Of a stretch of 64,000 nucleotides of DNA, positions 56,084 to 64,000 are shown in pieces. The stretch's first letter is position 1. Each line of letters begins with the position of its first letter. Both the position numbers and the translations under genes were made by a program. Under the pieces are notes generated by a model that saw only the letters and a program-made list of their open reading frames with translations, ran no database searches and was not told the origin of the DNA. This DNA is from Candidatus Latescibacterota bacterium (lineage in GTDB: Bacteria > Latescibacterota > UBA2968 > UBA8231), in NCBI GenBank assembly GCA_965217095.1, contig OZ244235.1, positions 3,673,931 to 3,737,930 on the forward strand. The letters are read 5' to 3'.

Positions 56084-57574
56084 CTAGTCGCGCAGTGGCT
56101 GTGCCCAGCGCTCCATGCGTTGATCTTCGTTTTTCATGCGCCAGCGCAGCAGCTTGTGGCTGTAGCGCAACTCGGCGGCGGCGTAGTCTGGCCGGCCGGC
56201 CACATTCGTCAGCTCATCTGGATCGGTTGTCAAATCGAAGAGGATAGTCGGCATCTCCTCGTCGGCGAAGTAGACGTATTTGAACTCCCGGTCCCGCACC
56301 ACCCAGAGAACATGGACATCTGGATCCGGATTCTCTCCCGCCCAGCGGCGGCCCCGGTAATCGAACTCGTAGTGGATCTCCTCGCGCGGCTCGTACTCCC
56401 GATCACCGCGCAATAGCCCGAGGAGACTGCGCCCCTGAAAGCGATCGGGAATCGGTTCACCCAGGGCCTCCATCAGCGTTGGGGCGGAGTCGATGGACTC
56501 GAGGAAGTGGGACATGACCTGGCCGCGGGTCGCATCGGCTTCGGGAGACGGATCCTTGATGATGTAGGGAATGCGCATGCCGCCGTCGTGAAACTGGCCC
56601 TTTGACATTATGTAGTGATCACCAAGATGCTCGCCGTGATCGGAGGAGAAGATGATCAGGGTGTCGTCCCATTGCCCACTCTCTTCTATTGCGTCAAACA
56701 GCAAGCCCAGGTTGTCGTCCACCTCGGTGATCATGCCGTAGTAGCAGGCGCGGTACTCTTGTAGATGCAACTCGTCCGTCAGAGCCTTATGCGCCAGCTT
56801 CCGCAGGTAGGGATGGGTCGGGGTCAGCTCTTCCTCTGATCGCGCCGCCGGGGGCATGTCGGCGGCGTCATACATGTCGCAATATGGCTCGCAGCAGATA
56901 TTGGGCGGGTGCGGTTTGTTGTAGTTGAGACTCAAGACCCAGCCCTTGTCCGCGGGTGAGGCCGGTTTGCGCCCGCGGACGTACTCGATGGCCCGATCGG
57001 TTACGTAGCGGCATTCGCTGTGCTCTTTGCGGTACCGAGCCGGGAAATGCTGCGGCAGATGCTCGCCCGGCCCCTCCTCGGGCACGGCCGGCTCGTGAAT
57101 GGCATCGTGGTTGAGCAGCTCCTGCGGATAGCTCTTCCCATCACCCAGCCATTGGAAGTATTCGTCGCTGTCCTTTTCGTGATTCAATATCCACTCGAAC
57201 CCGGGCAGGCTGTTGTGGTAATCCAGGCTGTTGCGGCGGATATCTCCCTCGGGCAGGCAGGCCGGATCGATGGTGTAGCTGTTGTAGCCGATCAGTCCCG
57301 GGTCGTAGCCGGCTTCCCTGAGGAAGAAGGCGAAGTTGTCCTCGGCGTCCATCAGCGGGGTCCCGTTATGGACGACCCGCGTCGAACACAGGTAGCGGCT
57401 GGTATAGATGCACATGCGGCTGGGGCCACACGGGGCTGTCTGATTGAAACAGTGGGTGAAGGAGACCCCCTCAGAGGCAAGCCGGTCCAGATTGGGGGTC
57501 TTGATCACCTCGTTGCCGGCATGATGCAGACAATCGGAACGAAATTGATCGGCCAGAATCAGGAGTACGTTCAT
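56084..57574 (-). CDS. arylsulfatase (formylglycine-dependent sulfatase family)
   Basis: MNVLLILADQFRSD..., the C-x-P-x-R motif in QTAPCGPSRMCIYTSRY, and IIFSSDHGEHLGDH. Confidence 0.92.
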   Translation of the reverse strand: MNVLLILADQFRSDCLHHAGNEVIKTPNLDRLASEGVSFTHCFNQTAPCGPSRMCIYTSRYLCSTRVVHNGTPLMDAEDNFAFFLREAGYDPGLIGYNSYTIDPACLPEGDIRRNSLDYHNSLPGFEWILNHEKDSDEYFQWLGDGKSYPQELLNHDAIHEPAVPEEGPGEHLPQHFPARYRKEHSECRYVTDRAIEYVRGRKPASPADKGWVLSLNYNKPHPPNICCEPYCDMYDAADMPPAARSEEELTPTHPYLRKLAHKALTDELHLQEYRACYYGMITEVDDNLGLLFDAIEESGQWDDTLIIFSSDHGEHLGDHYIMSKGQFHDGGMRIPYIIKDPSPEADATRGQVMSHFLESIDSAPTLMEALGEPIPDRFQGRSLLGLLRGDREYEPREEIHYEFDYRGRRWAGENPDPDVHVLWVVRDREFKYVYFADEEMPTILFDLTTDPDELTNVAGRPDYAAAELRYSHKLLRWRMKNEDQRMERWAQPLRD

Positions 57575-57841
57575 CGCTGCTTACCTGTTGCCGGGCTGCC
57601 GCTGTTCCAATGGTCTCCAGCGGGCATCCGAGAAAAAGGGATTGATCGAAGCGCGCAAATCGATGCGCTAGCTGCAGAAGCCGCCGTTAGTATGGGCCGA
57701 AGATCCCACCCTGTCGAGAGCTGGAAATAATCCGGGAAAAGCTCGAATTTCTGCGATGGAAAGCCCGCCCGCGGACCCACGACGCCCGTTGGCAGGACAC
57801 CACGTGCGACTGCTCAAGCCGCTGAGAAAAAGGAGACTACG

Positions 57842-58387
57842 ATGACGCTGACTGTAAAAACCATGACGAACTACATCCACGAACTGGGTGTGGCCAAACT
57901 CCCCCATTCGGGTACGACCTACATGGGCCACGTGGTCGGGGTGTACAACTACATAAAATCGTGGGAAGTAGATGAGGAGATGTGCCGTGCTGCCGTGTTT
58001 CATTCGATCTACGGTACTGAAGGGTTTCAGGATTTCACCCTCCCGCTGGATCGGCGCGAGGAACTGCGCGCGCTGATCGGACCCCAGGCTGAACTGATCG
58101 CCTATGCCAACTGTGCCATGGATCGCGCTTCGTTTTTTGCCCTGGTCGACAAACACCAGGACAGCTACCCGATCATTGATCGGCTTTCAGGCGAAACCCT
58201 GAACCTGTCCAACCAGGAATTCGAGGACCTGATGCGACTACATCTGTGTGACCATTTGGAACAGGTCGAGCGGTCAAGCACCTGGGACTACAATCGCGAG
58301 CAAGTCCGGATCATGGCTGAGCGACTGGGTGGAGCGGCGCTTGCCTCTTACCAGGAGACTTTCGCCCGCGAACCGCAATCAGCTTGA
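57842..58387 (+). CDS. hypothetical protein, HD-superfamily-like
   Basis: AAGGAG RBS. LPHSGTTYMGHVVGV...AAVFHSIYGTEGF resembles a degenerate HD-domain pattern (HS in place of HD). Confidence 0.65.
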   Translation: MTLTVKTMTNYIHELGVAKLPHSGTTYMGHVVGVYNYIKSWEVDEEMCRAAVFHSIYGTEGFQDFTLPLDRREELRALIGPQAELIAYANCAMDRASFFALVDKHQDSYPIIDRLSGETLNLSNQEFEDLMRLHLCDHLEQVERSSTWDYNREQVRIMAERLGGAALASYQETFAREPQSA

Positions 58388-58427
58388 CCTGACCCAGTGT
58401 GCGGGCCATCGACAGGGTGTCGCCGAT

Positions 58428-58580
58428 TCACAGACCGGATAGTTCCTCCTGAAGCTCGGCCAGTCCCTCGTCGATGATTTGGACGAGTTCATCGATTTGA
58501 GGTCCGGTGATGATGAACGGCGTTGTTGCATTGCTAACGCCGGATTTCTCCCAGCGCGGCAATATCGCCAAAACGTATCT
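58428..58580 (-). pseudogene. possible C-terminal relic of an aminotransferase-like gene
   Basis: RYVLAILPRWEKSGVSNATTPFIITGPQIDELVQIIDEGLAELQEELSGL* resembles the ...PPLIIT.E.ID.....L.EAL C-terminus of class-III aminotransferases. A stop lies immediately upstream in the same frame. Confidence 0.35.
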
Positions 58581-58654
58581 GCGTCAAGCCGGAAAAACAG
58601 CTAGCAGATGATCCTCCTCAACGCTCGAGCGGGGAAGTCCTATCACTTGAGAAC

Positions 58655-59341
58655 TCAGCCCCGGATCGACCGCCGGTATCGGATTTGATCGACGATGAAG
58701 GTCGCGGCGACGATCAGGAGCATCAGGGGGAAGACGTAAAAAGCAGGGCGATCGAACTCGGCACCCATAGGGCGGTAGACGCCACCCGTCAGGGCACAGA
58801 CCAGCAGGTACAGCGACGTGACCAGGACTCCGCACCCAGTCCACAGATTCAGGTCAACGGAGGCAGAGGAGGGCTCCATCCGAATTTCACCACCCCGCTG
58901 ATCCTGGAAGAAAACAGTGCGCCATTTCTGCAAGTCCCACAGGACAAGGCCCGATGTGGCGGCGAACATGAACGACACAACCGTCGCCGTGGGGTAGACC
59001 TGCGTACTCCAGCAAAACACGAGAATGGTCGAAACAATGGGCAGAAGGATGAGCGCCCCCACCAGGGCAAAACGCTGAGACAGGAGCAGCAGGGCCGCCA
59101 GGAGTTGCATGACTCCAACGAACGAGTAGAAGGCGCCCGTGGCGTAGAAGGCGTGCAGAAATTCATGAAAGAGACCCGTGTTCTGCGGATCGGTAAAGGG
59201 CTGATATATCACCTTCTTCAGCCCCGCCGGCACAAAGGCAAAGGCGAGGCCGATGCGCAGAGTTACCACCAGCAGGTTTGCCCACCGCTTTTGTCTGGCT
59301 TGATGTAGCAGTCTCCCGAAGATCGCAAACATGACCGGCAT
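58655..59341 (-). CDS. DoxX-like integral membrane protein
   Basis: Four or more hydrophobic helices: LLVVTLRIGLAFAFVPAGL, FYSFVGVMQLLAALLLL, ALVGALILLPIVSTILVF and others. The start is uncertain (ATG at 59341 or 59332). Confidence 0.6.
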   Translation of the reverse strand: MPVMFAIFGRLLHQARQKRWANLLVVTLRIGLAFAFVPAGLKKVIYQPFTDPQNTGLFHEFLHAFYATGAFYSFVGVMQLLAALLLLSQRFALVGALILLPIVSTILVFCWSTQVYPTATVVSFMFAATSGLVLWDLQKWRTVFFQDQRGGEIRMEPSSASVDLNLWTGCGVLVTSLYLLVCALTGGVYRPMGAEFDRPAFYVFPLMLLIVAATFIVDQIRYRRSIRG

Positions 59342-59814
59342 TGTACGGACAGGCACCGCCAGGCGCCATCGTCCTGCGACGGCAGGTTTCTGGCAAAAAG
59401 CGCGTGTGACACGAAGTAGCATCTCGGCCCGGCGCCTGCTGTGGCTGACGATCCATTTCCTTTTTTCGCTGGACGCGGCCAGGGAACTGGCCCTTGAGCG
59501 CAACACCTCTCTGCAGCGTCAGGCCAAGAGCGCAGTTCGACAAACGACGCTGGAACCGGATCTAACAGCGTCAACTGATACTGACAGTCATCCCGAATCG
59601 CTTCGACGATGCTCCTGCTGTAGACTATCATCTCCCACGACTGTGCTGGACCATTTCAAAAAAGAAAGACGGTGATCGAAAGATGACTCACGATCTCGTT
59701 GAGAAGGGTGCTTTGTTCAGAGTTGGGATTATGAGTGTGGTGGTAGCGGCGCATGAGCGCGGCAGGTTGCTGAGGGTTGTGCGGTGTATCAGTTGACAGG
59801 GGTAACACATATGA

Positions 59815-60148
59815 TCAGTGCGCAGGGACGTTTAGCTGTCCACCGCGTTCGCGGAGGCTCAGTCGCTCCCGGATTTCCTCACTCACGGAGCCTGCGATTT
59901 CATACTGCGGCCGCGTATTCGGGCAGCTGAACCCGAGGTGAATCGCCCGCCTGGGCGACGAAGAAAAGTTCGCCCGTCCACCATGCCAGACGTCTCCATG
60001 CAGTATGATCGTGGATCCCGCAGAACAAGTGGCATATATCTCTCCAGCAATATCCGCCTTGGGATCTGAGACCACGTCTAGCGGCCAGGGTCTTTTGTGC
60101 GAGCCAGGAACGAGGCGAGTTGCCCCGTGTTGGGCCTCTCGTAGAGAT
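59815..60148 (-). pseudogene. PhyH family dioxygenase, C-terminal ~110 codons only
   Basis: HGATRLVPGSHKRPW...GSTIILHGDVWHGGRANFSSSPRRAIHLGF is the distal His/Arg part of the PhyH fold. The N-terminal two thirds is replaced by low-GC DNA. The junction lies around 60150-60180. Confidence 0.7.
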
Positions 60149-60772
60149 TCAGCTACTCTCTTGATCTGCGTAAAGACGAGTCGCGTAGCTGGCGAATCTG
60201 AGAATGTTGTCAACAAGCGTGCGACATATTGAAATTACCTCGCTCAGTCGCTCGCCCATTAGGCGCGTATAGGTCTCGTCCGACAGAGTCTCAATCTCCT
60301 CGTTGGTGAACAAGCCAAGCGATGCTACCACGAGTTGCACGTCAGTCGCAAAGCTAAAGTCCAAGGGGCTCTCAACATATTCGGTATTGAGGCTATCGCG
60401 ACGATTGATTCCTCTCACAAGCGCCATAACGTCGTAGTGCCAATGCACGTCCCGGACGGGCTTCAAGAATTGCCGCCAATACTCCCTTTCAGCTCTGCCC
60501 TCTATCAGCGCTAACGTATCGTCAAGCAGAGGAGGGCGCAGCCTAGTGCGAAAGTCGGCAACCTCCGGATCGGTATCCGTCGCGAAGTTCTGCAGCAGTT
60601 TGGCTGCTTCGCGAAGGTGAGAAATAACCTGCTTCATTGAATAGAGTCGCCTATAACCCGTAACGGTGTCGTCGATTTCAGCGTCGTCCACAGATACGAG
60701 GCTCAGGTCGTTAAATATCGAACCAAATGCGACCACGTAGGCGCTCAATCTAGAGTCTTTCTTAAGTTCCAT
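60149..60772 (-). CDS. orphan alpha-helical protein on low-GC DNA, contains an R-x4-H motif
   Basis: GAGGAG lies 7 nt before the ATG at 60772. 207 aa. Visibly AT-richer than its surroundings. Contains KPVRDVHWHYD. Confidence 0.65.
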   Translation of the reverse strand: MELKKDSRLSAYVVAFGSIFNDLSLVSVDDAEIDDTVTGYRRLYSMKQVISHLREAAKLLQNFATDTDPEVADFRTRLRPPLLDDTLALIEGRAEREYWRQFLKPVRDVHWHYDVMALVRGINRRDSLNTEYVESPLDFSFATDVQLVVASLGLFTNEEIETLSDETYTRLMGERLSEVISICRTLVDNILRFASYATRLYADQESS

Positions 60773-60839
60773 CCGGATGCTCCTCGTGCCTATCCTGATT
60801 AATTGTAGCACAGTAAAATATCAGGCAGATATTCTGTAG

Positions 60840-61155
60840 TACATATGCGCCCTTGCCAAAACCCTGAATCTCGTCGCCAGACCGCCGCTGGCGGCAGGCC
60901 GTCTCCACTCCATCGACGACGAGCGCCTTTCGTTTGCCCTGAAGACGCCGTGGTCCGACGGCACCATGCACCTTCCACGTGCTCGCGCTCGACCGTGTCT
61001 ACGTTACTGGGGCTGACGGACAGCCCCAGTTCATTGCGGCCGGCCCCATCCGCGATGAAGACGTGCAGCAGATTGTGGAGAACACGGCCCGACGCGTCGC
61101 ACGGTTGTGCCAGCGCCGTGGCTTGCTCGAGGAAGGCGGCACCGATGCCCTGTGA
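60840..61155 (+). mobile_element. scrambled relic of an IS91-family (rolling-circle, Y2/HUH) transposase gene
   Basis: Segment A (60840-60971): LVARPPLAAGRLHSIDDERLSFALKTPWSDGTMH. After a 1-nt frame change, segment B (60970-61155): TFHVLALDRVYVTGADGQPQFIAAGPIRDEDVQQIVENTARRVARLCQRRGLLEEGGTDAL*. Both match remembered IS91-like blocks (..RLSL....V.YQLKTPYRDGTTH and HFHMLFLDGVYV...F.....P...EL..L...IA.RV.R.LER.GLLE.D), but in inverted order. Confidence 0.65.
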
Positions 61156-61229
61156 ACGGCCCGCCCAGGCTGTGGGTACAAGCAAAAACCGCGGTTTTAT
61201 GCCACACTCGTTGGTGACACCGACAGCGT

Positions 61230-61725
61230 GCGTGAACTTCGAACCGCCATAATACTGATATATTTCGTTGCCGACCCTCAACATGCCCACGCCCATATAG
61301 ATCGAACCAGAGAGGGAAGTCCCGTCCAGTTCCAATCCGACGTACGGCTTCCTGTCCAGACGCTTCCAGTGGATGCCATCGCGAGAGGTCGCCATCTGAA
61401 TTTCGACTAGATCGGAATCTATAGTCTGGGGATTGTCCGGCGAAGCGAAACCAGGCGGCGTTTTGATCCAGATCATAATTGTGAAGTCCTGCTCGTGGAG
61501 GTTGAGTTCGGGCGTCCGGCCGCAGTCGATGTAGCCGTTGCCGCCCAGCGCCAGAGCCCCCCCGAGACCCTGCGACCACCGAAAACTTCCCTTCAAGGAA
61601 GCTGTATTGCCGTTTCCTGAGAAATCCTGTGCCACCTCGCCCTCGCCCTCGTCGAACTTCCAGTAGACTGCCAGGGCCTCGTCCGACTCCAGGGCCGTAG
61701 CTTCCCCCTCGCCCTCTGCCGTAGC
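61230..61725 (-). pseudogene. chimeric fragment: LamG/concanavalin-like N-terminal piece fused to an internal piece of the expanded propeller family
   Basis: Directly after the amidase stop, in the same frame: AVYWKFDEGEGEVAQDFSGNGNTASLKGSFRWSQGLGGALALGGNGYIDCG...QDFTIMIWIKT (LamG_3-like). Then DSDLVEIQMATSRDGIHWKRLDRKPYV...GNEIYQYYGGS, compared with DSELDVQLAISRDGWSWARPERRPII in 25766-27322. No proper start, and the 3' end is lost at the IS91 relic. Confidence 0.6.
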
Positions 61726-62922
61726 TCAGCACTGCTGCAGTGCTGAAGCGATTTCGCGGGCGAAGCCGAGGAGCAGCTCGTCTGTGCCGGGCGCGCCGAT
61801 CAGTGAGAGCCCGACGGGAAGCCCTTCGACCGTGGTAAGCGGAAGGCTGATCTGCGGCGCTCCGATGGTACCAGCGATGCAGGTAAGAGCGAGGATGCGC
61901 GCTCTGTTGGCGTACCGCTCAGGTACGGGGAGGCCGACGGGAGGGGCCGGCATCGGAGTGGTTGGCAAGCAAACGACAGCGCCGTCTTCGAGCACCTCAG
62001 CCATCCGCTGTACGATTGCTTCGCGCTCGGCCTGGGCTTGCTCGACGTCGGCCTCGGAGACGGCCATGGCATCGGTGAAACGCCGGGCGACTTCGAAGCC
62101 GAAGCGCGGATCCACCCGCTCGATCCACTCCTGCGCAGACGCCAGGGACTGTCGTAGGGCAAGGATCGATTGCTGCCGCACCCACGCACCCAGACCCGCG
62201 TCGGACAGTTGCAACCCCTTCGTATCCGCAGCCATGGTCGCCACCTTCTCCGCCACGGGCAGCAACGCGGCAGCCACCTCTGCGTCGGCGGTCTCGAACG
62301 CATCCTCCGCGATCAAAACCAGGGCGGGACGGGCCGTTGTTACCCGGCTTTGCAGCAGAATCTCGCCGACGCGCGCGAATAGCGCAGCGTCGCGTGCGAA
62401 CCAGCCCACCGTGTCGTAGTCGGGGGCGCTCCGCAACATGCCATCTATCGGAACGCGCCCATGGGTGGGACGCAAGCCAAAGATGCCGCAAAAGCTGGCA
62501 GGTATGCGCACCGAGCCGCCGGTATCCGAGCCCAGAGCGAAGTCTACCATCTCGCCGGCTACCGCGGCTGCCGAACCACTGGACGAGCCCCCCGGAACGC
62601 GCCCTGGAGCTCTCGGGTTCACCGGAGTGCCGTAATGGGCGTTCTCCCCGAAAAGTCCCCTGGTCAGTTCGTCGGTGTGGGTCTTTCCCACCATGGTCGC
62701 GCCCGCGTCGACCAGCACCTGAACTGCCCACGATGTGCGCGCAGCCTTCCCGTGGGTGGCCTTCCAGTCCGGATTGCCACCCCCAGTGACCTCCCCGGCC
62801 ACGTCGAAGATGTCTTTCGCCGCGAAACTGAGACCGGACAGCGGTCCGGCCTCAGCACCCGTTAGGTATGCCTGCGTATCCTTGCAGAACGCGTTCAGAC
62901 GGTCGTCCATCATATCGGGCAT
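61726..62922 (-). CDS. amidase (amidase-signature family)
   Basis: LSGLSFAAKDIFDV, GGSSSGSAAAVA, GSDTGGSVRIPASFCGIFGLRPTHGR. Confidence 0.92.
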   Translation of the reverse strand: MPDMMDDRLNAFCKDTQAYLTGAEAGPLSGLSFAAKDIFDVAGEVTGGGNPDWKATHGKAARTSWAVQVLVDAGATMVGKTHTDELTRGLFGENAHYGTPVNPRAPGRVPGGSSSGSAAAVAGEMVDFALGSDTGGSVRIPASFCGIFGLRPTHGRVPIDGMLRSAPDYDTVGWFARDAALFARVGEILLQSRVTTARPALVLIAEDAFETADAEVAAALLPVAEKVATMAADTKGLQLSDAGLGAWVRQQSILALRQSLASAQEWIERVDPRFGFEVARRFTDAMAVSEADVEQAQAEREAIVQRMAEVLEDGAVVCLPTTPMPAPPVGLPVPERYANRARILALTCIAGTIGAPQISLPLTTVEGLPVGLSLIGAPGTDELLLGFAREIASALQQC

Positions 62923-62927
62923 TCCCC

Positions 62928-63190
62928 TCAGTTTTCGGCGTAAACCGCCTCTCGCAGTCCCCTCACGTAACCCACGGCAAACAGCCGCGCCAAACGGTGT
63001 TCGTCATCATAGGCGTCGTCGCCCATCTTCGGGTAATGATCCGGTCGCAGCACACCCTCGTAACCCACTTCGCGATAGGCGCGCAGGCATTCCACGAGAT
63101 CGGTCTGGCCATCGTCGTGAAAGGCCTCTTGGAAGTCGGAGGCGGTGCGGGAAGTTCGTAGCAGACGGCATGCTCCACCCCGCACTGTCG
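62928..63190 (-). pseudogene. C-terminal fragment of a mannonate-dehydratase (UxuA)-like gene
   Basis: FQEAFHDDGQTDLVECLRAYREVGYEGVLRPDHYPKMGDD...RLFAVGYVRGL parallels the UxuA tail (F.E..H..G..D......L......G..RPDHGH.M.DD...GRL.GL..LRG). Nothing upstream resembles the remaining ~300 aa. Confidence 0.5.
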
Positions 63191-63519
63191 CGTCAACGTC
63201 CACTGCAAGCCCGGCTCGGGGGCAAGCAAACGGCAATCTTGATCATCACGCGCTCCCTATCTTTGCGTCAGATTCCTCGACGACCTCTCGGGTTCGTTAG
63301 GCAAGGTGTGTCCGTCGACCTCGCTCCGCAAGCGGCCACAATTCGGACGCCTAACGCGGGCCTTTCTGTTGTCTGCGACTCACGTGGAGTATCTTACCTC
63401 TCTCCGCGCCTCAGTCAGCGACTGTGTGGCGTCCGCACTGCCCAACTCAGGCTGTCACCAGAGGGATGATGCAAAACAGATATCGACTGTCCGTTCTCTG
63501 TGCTCTCGCGGACTGACAG

Positions 63520-64000
63520 ATGACCGGCGGCCAGCTCCTCATCGAATGCCTCAAGGCCCAGGGCGTCCGCGCCGTCTTCGGGATGCCCGGCACCCAAAAT
63601 CTGAACATATACGACGCTCTCGAACGCTTTGGCGACGGCGTCATCGATCACTATCTCGTGCGCCACGAGTACGCGGCGACTGTCATGGCTGACGGTTTCG
63701 CCAGGTCGACGGGCGATGTTGGCGTTGCCCTCACCGTGCCCGGCCCAGGTGCCAGCAACGCCTCTACCGGCATCCTCGAGGCCTATACGGACTGCGTCCC
63801 CGTCCTCCTGATAACCGGACAGAGTGACACCGCCCACAGCGGTCGAGATCAGGCCAAGATGTTCCATGGTCTCGATCAGATGAGGTTCTTCGATCCGATA
63901 ACGAAATACTGCGCCGCAGCGAGTTCTGCAGCCGAAATCCCCATCCTCGTGGAAGAGGCCTTCCGGGCAATGCGCTCAGGCCGCCCGGGACCGGCAGTGC
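63520..64000 (+). CDS. thiamine-diphosphate-dependent enzyme (acetolactate-synthase-like), N-terminal Pyr domain, 3' end outside window
   Basis: Not in the ORF track because the frame stays open to the window end. MTGGQLLIECLKAQGVRAVFGMPGTQNLNIYDAL...VRHEYAATVMADGFARSTGDVGVALTVPGPGASNASTGILEAYTDCVPVLLITGQ. Confidence 0.85.
   Translation, partial: MTGGQLLIECLKAQGVRAVFGMPGTQNLNIYDALERFGDGVIDHYLVRHEYAATVMADGFARSTGDVGVALTVPGPGASNASTGILEAYTDCVPVLLITGQSDTAHSGRDQAKMFHGLDQMRFFDPITKYCAAASSAAEIPILVEEAFRAMRSGRPGPAV

Noticed and set aside
1-64000. CRISPR arrays, rRNA/tRNA genes and riboswitches (for example cobalamin or SAM elements upstream of the MetE-like gene at 28780-28990, or a glycine element upstream of sox).
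   Set aside because: No regularly spaced direct repeats were seen. No conserved riboswitch core sequences (such as a B12 box) were seen, and no credible cloverleaf or rRNA-like stretches were found on reading the intergenic regions.

Overview
GC-rich bacterial chromosomal segment with about 50 protein-coding genes and no rRNA, tRNA or CRISPR array that I can support. The envelope genes point to a diderm heterotroph of the FCB-group type (Bacteroidota/Rhodothermota/Gemmatimonadota-like): an ECF sigma/FecR pair, a TonB-dependent receptor with STN and carboxypeptidase-regulatory-like domains, and a DUF4249-like lipoprotein. That taxonomic placement is inference only. Recognisable content includes a complete heterotetrameric sarcosine oxidase operon (soxBDAG, 7719-12907, minus strand), galactose mutarotase, and an L-fuconate-dehydratase-like enolase. 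It also includes an arylsulfatase, a BNR/sialidase-like propeller, an amidase, a beta-lactamase-fold hydrolase, a tandem-GGDEF protein and assorted oxidoreductases. Three features stand out. (1) Two gene families are strongly expanded: PhyH-type Fe(II)/2OG dioxygenases (5 intact or window-truncated copies plus 2 fragments), and an uncharacterised ~490-520 aa putative beta-propeller family (4 intact copies in two subfamilies plus 3 relics). The second family is clustered with a TIM-barrel hydrolase-like gene and an AAC(3)-type acetyltransferase, and is linked to a 973-aa Asp-repeat surface protein that has its own decayed paralog. (2) Gene decay is unusually dense: at least a dozen frameshifted, nonsense-interrupted, truncated or nearly erased genes. 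(3) There are two mobile-element footprints. One is an intact IS1380-family element whose insertion or deletion decapitated the ECF sigma gene and truncated a PhyH gene. The other is a low-GC mosaic (59.8-61.7 kb) holding a scrambled IS91-like transposase relic and an orphan ORF with an RX4H motif. A two-gene cassette encoding a minimal nucleotidyltransferase-fold protein (45541-46541) and an orphan 630-aa protein (17112-19004) are further candidates for undescribed functions. All functional calls come from reading the translations by eye. No database search was possible.
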